From the UHGV virus genome UHGV-0042415: a stretch of 35,864 nucleotides of DNA; one strand, given 5' to 3'. Both the position numbers and the translations under genes were made by a program. The stretch comes from a virus. Under the pieces are notes generated by a model. It was given only the letters and a program-made list of their open reading frames with translations, searched no databases and was not told the DNA's origin. Below, piece after piece: positions 1-6,980 of this stretch. Position 1 is the stretch's first letter. Each line of letters opens with the position of its first letter.

Positions 1-49
1 GATCTATACAACGCCATTTGAATCTATTGTCACTTTTTATCGCCACTTT

Positions 50-1051
50 TTACCCTCTATTGTCAAAAGGGTTCAATTCAACAGCAGCCTCTAAATGACC
101 TGGAGCAAAATGCGCATAACGCATAGTCATTTTTATATCGCTATGCCCCAGTATTTTTTGCAACACAAGAATATTTCCGCCCCGCATCATAAAATGACTG
201 GCAAACGTGTGACGTAGCACATGAGTTAATTGCCCATCAGGAAGCTCGATCTTCGCTCTCTTAATTGCAGCGTCAAAAGCCTCATAACATGGTGAAAATA
301 GCGCTCCTCGTTTTTTAGGAAGCATAGCCTGCAATTGAGGTGAAATCGGTACAGTGCGGTTCTTCTTTCCTTTAGTTTTGACAAATGTGATTCGACCGGG
401 CAGTACTTGAGATTGTTTTAATCCTTCTGCTTCACTCCACCGAGCACCAGTCGCAAGCCCAATACGAACAACAACCCCCAAATCTTTATTCCGTGACTCA
501 TCACACGCAATCAGAAGGCGTTCAATCTCATCTACATACAGAAACGCCAGTTCCTTTTCTTCCTCACGAAACTTGCGAATACCAGTCAGGGGGTTTTCAC
601 CAGACCACTCTCCAAGGCGCTTCAGTTCGGCAAAAACAGCATGTAGATATGACTGCTCACGATTAACAGTTGCTTCACTAAGTTTCTTCTTCCCCTTTGG
701 ATTCCATTCACCTGATAATCGCCGCTCCCTGTAGGTGGCAAACATATTTTTATCAAATTGAGAAGCAAACGGATCACCTAACCTAGAACAAATCGCCTCG
801 AGTTTAGCCCTTCGCTCTTCACCGGAAGACAGTGTTTTACCGTACATATCAAACCAGCGAGCAACCAACTCGGAAAGGTGGGGGCCAGAATCATCCTGAA
901 ACTCGCTCCCCAAATTACTATTCATTAAACGGCGCTCATAAGAGAGCGCCTCACCCTTAGTCGCAAACTGTTTACGAATACGCTTTCCCGATGCTCCATA
1001 CGGGTAACACTCGCAAAGCCATTTACCAGTAGGTAGTCTTCGAACACTCAT
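50..1051 (-). CDS. int: Tyrosine site-specific integrase (P2 Int-like)
   Basis: 333 aa; C-terminal catalytic region HVLRHTFASHFMMRGGNILVLQKILGHSDIKMTMRYAHF (HxxR...Y tyrosine recombinase signature); sits at the prophage edge downstream of the repressor on the same strand. Confidence 0.93.
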   Translation of the reverse strand: MSVRRLPTGKWLCECYPYGASGKRIRKQFATKGEALSYERRLMNSNLGSEFQDDSGPHLSELVARWFDMYGKTLSSGEERRAKLEAICSRLGDPFASQFDKNMFATYRERRLSGEWNPKGKKKLSEATVNREQSYLHAVFAELKRLGEWSGENPLTGIRKFREEEKELAFLYVDEIERLLIACDESRNKDLGVVVRIGLATGARWSEAEGLKQSQVLPGRITFVKTKGKKNRTVPISPQLQAMLPKKRGALFSPCYEAFDAAIKRAKIELPDGQLTHVLRHTFASHFMMRGGNILVLQKILGHSDIKMTMRYAHFAPGHLEAAVELNPFDNRG

Positions 1052-1056
1052 TCTAA

Positions 1057-1443
1057 TTAAGACTTAATCCATCCCATCATCAACATCAGAGATACCGCCG
1101 TATTAGAAACAGACTGATTTTGATATACTTTTCTATTCTTTTTTTTATCTGCGAAAGGCTCAAAGGCCATATCAAGTTGTTTAGTCAATTCCTCTGCCAA
1201 CAATTTGAGGTCATCCATATTTTTAACTTGTGTAGACAATTCTGGTGTAAGTCTTCCTTGATTATAAAGTACAGCTATAAAGTCAGCCGAGGTAGCCAAT
1301 TTGTTTTTATAAGATGCCTTTTGCCACTCAAGGGCGTTTGCCTTATGTAATGTTCCACCTTCATACCATTCAGAGGCATACCCATGAGATGCAAAAACAA
1401 ACAAGATATAAAAAAGGACTAATTTTAAATAATTACGCTGCAT
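1057..1443 (-). CDS. Exported protein of unknown function (cargo)
   Basis: 128 aa; N-terminal signal-peptide-like MQRNYLKLVLFYILFVFASHGYA; visibly AT-rich; 5 bp from int. Confidence 0.65.
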   Translation of the reverse strand: MQRNYLKLVLFYILFVFASHGYASEWYEGGTLHKANALEWQKASYKNKLATSADFIAVLYNQGRLTPELSTQVKNMDDLKLLAEELTKQLDMAFEPFADKKKNRKVYQNQSVSNTAVSLMLMMGWIKS

Positions 1444-1474
1444 ATCATATTTCCTTGCATGTTATTTAACGTAT

Positions 1475-2122
1475 TTACACAAAATAAATTAAAAATGTAA
1501 TCACCATACCCAAAATGAGTCCAACAATGAACACAATCAAAAATTCTTTAGTATATTCTGTTAATAGTTCACTAATGCAGTGTCTATTTTTAATATTGCC
1601 ATTGCTCTGAGATATATTTTTATTAGTCTGCTGATCTAACCACGACAATGCAGATTGCAACTGAGAACGAGTAAGATCGTTTAAACGGCCTGTACCGAAA
1701 TTGATATGGCAATATCGAAGAAGTTTTTGTCTAATTTCATTACTTTCACTGTTGCGAAGAAGGAGGCTTACAAGTAATTTACAGGCGTCATGATCCTTGT
1801 GTCGGTCAAGCATCGCATTGAGAAAGCTAATTGCGGTTGGATACTGATTCACCGTCATCTTATCGACACTATCAACACCGATTTCAGCATGAAGTTTACG
1901 CCAAACAACAAACGATTCTTCCTTGCTGGCATCAACAATCTTGTCAACCAACAACTTCAGTTGATGTCGCTGAGCCTTAACTAATGGGCGCTCATCAGGC
2001 CTACCAGAAGGGATTGCAATATTGACTGTATGCCGATCATCATATCGCTCTATCTGAATATTCTTTTCGTGGTAATCACGCCCAGCAACGCGATTGTCTG
2101 AACCGTTTGAGTTGACCGCCAT
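1475..2122 (-). CDS. Tail-anchored membrane protein of unknown function (cargo)
   Basis: 215 aa; single C-terminal hydrophobic segment EFLIVFIVGLILGMVITFLIYFV, remainder soluble; AT-rich; starts 18 bp after the repressor stop on the same strand. Confidence 0.7.
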   Translation of the reverse strand: MAVNSNGSDNRVAGRDYHEKNIQIERYDDRHTVNIAIPSGRPDERPLVKAQRHQLKLLVDKIVDASKEESFVVWRKLHAEIGVDSVDKMTVNQYPTAISFLNAMLDRHKDHDACKLLVSLLLRNSESNEIRQKLLRYCHINFGTGRLNDLTRSQLQSALSWLDQQTNKNISQSNGNIKNRHCISELLTEYTKEFLIVFIVGLILGMVITFLIYFV

Positions 2123-2140
2123 GTCACCTCCCTGCTAGAG

Positions 2141-2554
2141 CTAACCCTTAGTTTCGTTATAGTCACGACCAGCAATACGATGGCCCTTGCCAGAAGCTCT
2201 TATTGTACCTGGAGCCAAACTACCAGCGGTCAAGGCTGCCAAAGCCGCCGCCTTAACAGCCAAAGGTGCAGAGCGATATATTTTAATTAGCTCAATCTCA
2301 TCTTCAGTGGCATTAGGGATGCCATGTGCACGACTACCAGAAAGTATGTAATAGACATCTACTCCGCAGCGCCTTCCCAAGAGATTCAGCATAGCTGCAT
2401 CCGGTGTAGTCACCCCTCTTTCATACTTCCCCCAAGTCTTTGTAGAAACTTCAAAAATAGACGCCATATCATCCTGAGTCATGCCAGTTTTCTCTCGTTC
2501 CTCCCGTAATCGACGTCCAATAATGACACTTAATTCCTCTTTTTCTGTTGACAT
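2141..2554 (-). CDS. HTH (XRE/Cro-C1 type) immunity repressor
   Basis: 137 aa; N-terminal HTH region LSVIIGRRLREEREKTGMTQDDMASIFEVSTKTWGKYERG; divergent from the early operon; same orientation as int as in P2 C-int. Confidence 0.8.
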   Translation of the reverse strand: MSTEKEELSVIIGRRLREEREKTGMTQDDMASIFEVSTKTWGKYERGVTTPDAAMLNLLGRRCGVDVYYILSGSRAHGIPNATEDEIELIKIYRSAPLAVKAAALAALTAGSLAPGTIRASGKGHRIAGRDYNETKG

Positions 2555-2613
2555 AGGAAGTTTTGTTCCCTAAAGTAATTTCACGTGCAATTAGATGATC
2601 ACAATGTACCACT

Positions 2614-2820
2614 ATGAATCAAGTTAGTCACGACACCAAGTCACGCATTCCGCGTAATACCGCCACAGGTCCAAGACTGGCACTTAGGCTGTCCCTCGAG
2701 GAGCGAGCCATCATTGATGAAATGGCCGCCAAAGAACAACGCTCATCCTCTAACATGGCGCGCATGATCTTCCTTCGAGGCCTGGAGCTGACCCAGAAAG
2801 AACAAAACAAATCTTCCTGA
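2614..2820 (+). CDS. Putative ribbon-helix-helix (Arc/CopG-like) small regulator, Cro-like position
   Basis: 68 aa; RLALRLSLEERAIIDEMAAKEQRSSSNMARMIFLRGLE resembles an RHH beta-strand plus helices; first rightward ORF opposite the repressor; no clear Shine-Dalgarno, so start uncertain. Confidence 0.5.
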   Translation: MNQVSHDTKSRIPRNTATGPRLALRLSLEERAIIDEMAAKEQRSSSNMARMIFLRGLELTQKEQNKSS

Positions 2821-2836
2821 TCAGGAGGTTAGTGGG

Positions 2837-3040
2837 ATGTCAGGTATAACCATCAATATCAATGTGAATGCCCCCTATGTATCCCTGCAGAAATATGCAG
2901 AGATAACAGGTATCCCTCTTAATACATGCAAAAAGATGTTGGCTGACGGTCGAATTATTATCCGACCAAAACGCGCCAAAATGGAAAAGCCAGAAGTAAA
3001 CCTTGTGGCAATGCTGAAAGACGCTATCGCTAACAGTTAA
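2837..3040 (+). CDS. Cox/Apl-like small HTH DNA-binding protein (putative excisionase or early regulator)
   Basis: 67 aa; strong SD (caggagg) upstream; HTH-like YVSLQKYAEITGIPLNTCKKMLADGRI resembles P2 Cox/AlpA-type proteins. Confidence 0.6.
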   Translation: MSGITININVNAPYVSLQKYAEITGIPLNTCKKMLADGRIIIRPKRAKMEKPEVNLVAMLKDAIANS

Positions 3041-3046
3041 AACAAC

Positions 3047-3409
3047 ATGAGCATCGCTATGAATAGAAATGCCACCTCCTCACGTTCTAAATACCGCAAC
3101 GGGGCGGAACGCCATGCTAACCGTTTCGCTACCAGTGCATCACGCAGCAGCTCTCGCTACAGCCTGAGCGAAACACACGCAACACCGGATGGCCACGCTG
3201 TAAAACAAATCGGCGAGCATGCCTGGCTGATTGAGAAAGCTGGAATCGTGGTCCATAAATGCCCACGCAATCCGTTTACCGGAAACCGCATTTTTGCATT
3301 GAGCTGCGGCGACAATCAATTCGGGCTGGATTTCACATTATACGAAGCACTTCGTACGGTTGATCGTCTGCTTCGCGGGCAAAGTTTTATTAAACAGGCT
3401 GATTTATAA
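3047..3409 (+). CDS. Hypothetical early protein
   Basis: 120 aa ORF in the early operon; no recognisable domain. Confidence 0.55.
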   Translation: MSIAMNRNATSSRSKYRNGAERHANRFATSASRSSSRYSLSETHATPDGHAVKQIGEHAWLIEKAGIVVHKCPRNPFTGNRIFALSCGDNQFGLDFTLYEALRTVDRLLRGQSFIKQADL

Positions 3410-3419
3410 CAGGTGAGTT

Positions 3420-3707
3420 ATGACCAAAGAGCATACACAAAGTGTATTTATCCGTTTTATTGATTTTCGCGGTGAACTGTTATTACGCGCATCCGCTATT
3501 GATGGAGTGGCTCCGGCGGGTAAAAACGGAGCCGACGAAGCCACTTACGTTTATCTGAACGGCACGCGACTGCTTGTGGAACTTCCGTACCAGACCGTAC
3601 GAGAAATCATTAGTGGAGCTGAAAAGGCACGCCAGGCTAATGGCGATGAACCTTATATCGAAATTATTTGTATGGATTCAGAAGCAGAAATTCAGAAAGC
3701 AGATTAA
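3420..3707 (+). CDS. Hypothetical early protein
   Basis: 95 aa; SD aggtgag upstream; tightly packed in operon. Confidence 0.6.
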   Translation: MTKEHTQSVFIRFIDFRGELLLRASAIDGVAPAGKNGADEATYVYLNGTRLLVELPYQTVREIISGAEKARQANGDEPYIEIICMDSEAEIQKAD

Positions 3708-3718
3708 AGGGCGTTGCG

Positions 3719-3961
3719 ATGGGCAAAGAATATAAAACTCTCATTAACAAAGCACTTGAGCGTTTTTATTTTCGCTTAAGTGCATCAGGCGCTCATGCTG
3801 AACGTGCAGCCCGTGACTCATTGACCAGGGCAATCCGGAGTCTGTATGACGTGGCTTTTTACGCTGATGATCTGGATGCACTTAACGAACTTTCCGAGCT
3901 GATCTGTGCCGCAGAATGCGGGGAACATATTGAACCGTATAAGCTGGGGAATATTGCATGA
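3719..3961 (+). CDS. Hypothetical early protein
   Basis: About 80 aa from the internal ATG at 3719, which avoids overlap with the upstream gene. Confidence 0.5.
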   Translation: MGKEYKTLINKALERFYFRLSASGAHAERAARDSLTRAIRSLYDVAFYADDLDALNELSELICAAECGEHIEPYKLGNIA

Positions 3962-4071
3962 GTATATTTATCTCATGGCTTGTTCTGATTATTTCGGTGG
4001 CCTGCGCCATTGGGATTATGCGAATTATTCATTCAGTAAAAAAGATTGAACGCTTTTTCACTGGCGAATAA
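3958..4071 (+). CDS. Small hydrophobic peptide (37 aa), possible small membrane protein
   Basis: MSIFISWLVLIISVACAIGIMRIIHSVKKIERFFTGE; ATGA overlap with the upstream stop; below the ORF-track length cutoff. Confidence 0.35.
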   Translation: MSIFISWLVLIISVACAIGIMRIIHSVKKIERFFTGE

Positions 4072-4157
4072 CAGAGCAAATAAAACCACAGGTTAAATAA
4101 GAAAATGTAAAAACAATCCGCATTCGCGGAGGTATTCGCACACGCCAAGGAGGCGTA

Positions 4158-4361
4158 ATGGCAATTAAGCATTTTCCTGTCGTTCGTTTTACCTCCAGAG
4201 GACGTGAATACGAAGTCGACGAACGCCTGATTACCACAATCGACAAACACCGTTCAGAAAAGGATGCACATCACATCTATCTCACTGACGGCACTTACTT
4301 CTGCGCCACGAATGTGGTGCGGGTGAACCTTATCCGACAGGTACAGGAGTCACGCAGATGA
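4158..4361 (+). CDS. Hypothetical early protein
   Basis: 67 aa; strong SD (aaggagg) upstream. Confidence 0.6.
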   Translation: MAIKHFPVVRFTSRGREYEVDERLITTIDKHRSEKDAHHIYLTDGTYFCATNVVRVNLIRQVQESRR

Positions 4362-4603
4362 CCATTCTGGACTATATCGCCGCCAATCCGGGGTGTAGCG
4401 GTGGAGAAATCGCCGCAGCACTGAATACCCCAACCACAGCCATTAATGCGGAGTTACGCCGACTCTGGCGCAGCGGTTCAGTCATAAGAAAAGAGCGCAA
4501 AACAGGCGGTCGCTTTTCTTACCAGATAAACCCGATGCCGTTCGGGTGCGGCAATCCACTTACCAACATGTTTAACCAGCTACTGAAGGAGGCCAGAGCA
4601 TGA
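4358..4603 (+). CDS. Small putative winged-helix DNA-binding protein
   Basis: 81 aa; ILDYIAANPGCSGGEIAAALNTPTTAINAELRRL resembles a winged-HTH; overlapping start and stop with neighbours. Confidence 0.55.
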   Translation: MTILDYIAANPGCSGGEIAAALNTPTTAINAELRRLWRSGSVIRKERKTGGRFSYQINPMPFGCGNPLTNMFNQLLKEARA

Positions 4604-4899
4604 GCGCCATCAACCACCAGGAATTACGCGAACTGGCGATTGACCTGCAACGAATGGCAACGCATCAAAAATTACTGGCGTTTCGCGCAATGCTCTCGCC
4701 GTCTGCCGTGCTGGCACTGCTGGATGAGCTGGAGCACGCCAGAACCATGTCTCCAGCCATTCGCCTGGCGCTCCATCATGAAATCGCTGATTTCTGCGCT
4801 CCACTGGGTTCGCCTGGTGAACCAGAAACGCCGGAAGCAATGCAACGAGAGCTACTGCAACGCATCGACAAGGTTTTTGATTTCTTCCTTAACCAGTAA
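4600..4899 (+). CDS. Hypothetical early protein (Ead/Ea22-like features)
   Basis: 99 aa; helical, LLDELE-type motif; SD ggagg upstream. Confidence 0.55.
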   Translation: MSAINHQELRELAIDLQRMATHQKLLAFRAMLSPSAVLALLDELEHARTMSPAIRLALHHEIADFCAPLGSPGEPETPEAMQRELLQRIDKVFDFFLNQ

Positions 4900-4910
4900 A
4901 GGACCGCGAT

Positions 4911-5114
4911 ATGAACAAAAAGACCTGGTTTCGCGCATACATGTGGGCGCTGGTATGCGTCCTCGTTTCTCTCATTCTGTATGCAGGACTACTCCCCCGA
5001 ATGATTTCATCAGACAGCTCCTTCTTGGTATTGCTGGGCATTTTCATTGCCATGCTGTACCCGGCAGGCGTTGTTCGCCTTTTCAGTAAGTACATCAAGG
5101 AAATCAAACAATGA
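4911..5114 (+). CDS. Small two-TM membrane protein, likely partner of the downstream SPFH protein
   Basis: 67 aa; two hydrophobic segments (WALVCVLVSLILYAGLL, FLVLLGIFIAMLYPAGVV); stop overlaps the SPFH gene start (ATGA). Confidence 0.6.
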   Translation: MNKKTWFRAYMWALVCVLVSLILYAGLLPRMISSDSSFLVLLGIFIAMLYPAGVVRLFSKYIKEIKQ

Positions 5115-5941
5115 AGAAACTCAAACTCTTTCAGATTATCCCGCTTTTTGCCGCCATCCTGCTGGTTGGTTGCGATCGCGTTGAGCCAGGTAATGTGGGC
5201 ATCAAAGTCAACAAACTGGGCGACGACAAAGGCGTCGGTGAAGTGGTTGGCGTTGGCCGCTACTGGACAGGCTGGAATACAGAGGTTTACATCTTCCCGA
5301 CCTTCAAACAAATGAAGACCTACGATGAGCCGTTCAGCTTTCAGATGAGTGACGGCACAACCATCGGCTATCACATCGGTGTGGCCTACAAGGTTGATCC
5401 ATCCAAAGTTACTACAGTGTTTCAGACCTACCGCAAAGGCGTGGACGACATTACCGACACTGACCTGCGCCAGAAGATCGCCGATGCACTCAACCGACTG
5501 GCCAGCAAAATGACCACCGATAAATTCATCGACGGTGGCAAGTCTGAACTGCTGGATTCAGCACTTAAAGATATTCAGGAAGAGATGACCCCCATCGGTA
5601 TTCAGGTCATGAGCCTCTCTTATGTCGGTAAACCGGAATATCCGCCAACCGTTATCGACAGCATTAACGCCAAAGTCACGGCAAACCAGAAAACCCTGCA
5701 ACGCGAACAGGAAGTCAAGCAACGCGAAGCAGAAGCCAACATGTTGCGCGCAGAAGCTGCCGGACAGGCTGATGCCATTCGCACAAAAGCCCAGGCTGAA
5801 GCCGACGCCATTCGTTTACGCGGTGAAGCTCTGCGCCAGAATCCCGGCGTTATGGAGCTGGAAGCAATCAACAAATGGAACGGCACGCTGCCGCAATACA
5901 TGACCAGCAATACCGCTGTTCCGTTTGTTCCGGTGAAGTAA
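5111..5941 (+). CDS. SPFH/band-7 (prohibitin/HflC-like) domain lipoprotein
   Basis: 276 aa; lipoprotein signal with lipobox LLVGC; SPFH-like core followed by an A/E/Q-rich coiled-coil tail (QREQEVKQREAEANMLRAEAAGQADAIRTKAQAEADAIRLRGEAL). Confidence 0.7.
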   Translation: MKKLKLFQIIPLFAAILLVGCDRVEPGNVGIKVNKLGDDKGVGEVVGVGRYWTGWNTEVYIFPTFKQMKTYDEPFSFQMSDGTTIGYHIGVAYKVDPSKVTTVFQTYRKGVDDITDTDLRQKIADALNRLASKMTTDKFIDGGKSELLDSALKDIQEEMTPIGIQVMSLSYVGKPEYPPTVIDSINAKVTANQKTLQREQEVKQREAEANMLRAEAAGQADAIRTKAQAEADAIRLRGEALRQNPGVMELEAINKWNGTLPQYMTSNTAVPFVPVK

Positions 5942-5947
5942 TTAAAC

Positions 5948-5991
5948 CCGGCCAGTGAAAATCGCTGGCCGGAGCAGTATCAGGATTTTTT
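5948..5991 (+). terminator. Hairpin plus T-run downstream of the SPFH gene (putative terminator)
   Basis: ccggccag-tgaaaatcg-ctggccgg perfect 8 bp stem, T6 run 14 nt downstream. Confidence 0.4.
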
Positions 5992-6308
5992 AGTATGCCG
6001 TTCTCACAAAAAAACCGCTTGCCATGCCGCAATCAGTCAGGTTACATTTCCGCTGCACCTCATAAAACGGGTGCCGGGATTGGAACCCCGCAGACTAACA
6101 GAGCGCACAACCGCGCCAGCGGTTTTTTTGTGCGTACCGTATCGCCACGTCTTTTTCGCGTCAAAATTATGGTGGGGCGTACAGGGCCAGCATCAGCTGG
6201 GCCGGGTCCTCTGTTAGCCGGTAGTTCCAACCCTGTACGTCTCACCACCCCGAGCTTGGAACCTCTGGATGGTGAGTTTTCAAAACTGACTAACAGAGAG
6301 GCCACACC

Positions 6309-6536
6309 ATGGCAAACCGCAAACAGCGCGCATACGCTGCGCGTCGTCACATCCAGACTGAAATCGACCGCAGACTTTCCCGCGCATTCCGCGTCGCTAA
6401 AATCATGCACATCAACATGCTGCATGAGCGTAGCTGCGAACTTTCAAACCTCTACTCATCCGCTGTTTTCAGCTATCTGGCGGATGATCTGCGCGAGCTT
6501 CAACAGCTCATCCAGCAGCAAAACAAACTCCATTAA
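6309..6536 (+). CDS. Hypothetical small basic protein
   Basis: 75 aa; SD gagagg upstream; preferred over the overlapping low-complexity 205 aa ORF. Confidence 0.5.
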   Translation: MANRKQRAYAARRHIQTEIDRRLSRAFRVAKIMHINMLHERSCELSNLYSSAVFSYLADDLRELQQLIQQQNKLH

Positions 6537-6608
6537 TTCCTGTTCCGGGCCTTTCCTGCACCTTGCGGCGGGAGGCCTTCGCACATCTGTAACAAGAGGA
6601 TTGCCGCA

Positions 6609-6974
6609 ATGATTCTCGCCAACGACTTTCTTGAATACCTGCTCAACACAGAACGTGATCTTGCCGCTCGCGTGCGTGATCGTTATGACATGTACCTGAA
6701 ATCCCTGCCTGTACCGCAACTCGCTGACGGAAAAATTGTTATTGATGGTCGCTACATGATTGACAGCCACGAGGGAAATTACAGGCTTTACCGCATTGAA
6801 GGTGGCACCCCGTCCGTTATTGGCATTTACCAGCGCCCATCCTCTGCAATCGTCGATGTGATTGCCGACAGCATCCGCATCACACATCGCCATGCCGACA
6901 CAGAAGACACCGTGCTGGAAATTCAGCGGCTGGCTGCCGTCTGCCGCGACACCCTGAATGGCATGACGAAGTAA
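6609..6974 (+). CDS. Hypothetical protein immediately upstream of gpA
   Basis: 121 aa; SD aagagga upstream. Confidence 0.6.
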   Translation: MILANDFLEYLLNTERDLAARVRDRYDMYLKSLPVPQLADGKIVIDGRYMIDSHEGNYRLYRIEGGTPSVIGIYQRPSSAIVDVIADSIRITHRHADTEDTVLEIQRLAAVCRDTLNGMTK

Positions 6975-6980
6975 ATCACT

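Noticed and set aside
2628-2810. 60 aa minus-strand ORF antisense to the RHH-like ORF
   Set aside because: The plus-strand frame gives a recognisable RHH-like pattern and fits the early-operon direction; the antisense frame has no start context.
5995-6612. 205 aa plus-strand ORF
   Set aside because: S/T/P/R-rich low-complexity translation running through a region of nested inverted repeats and over a better SD-preceded 75 aa ORF; treated as non-coding structured DNA instead.
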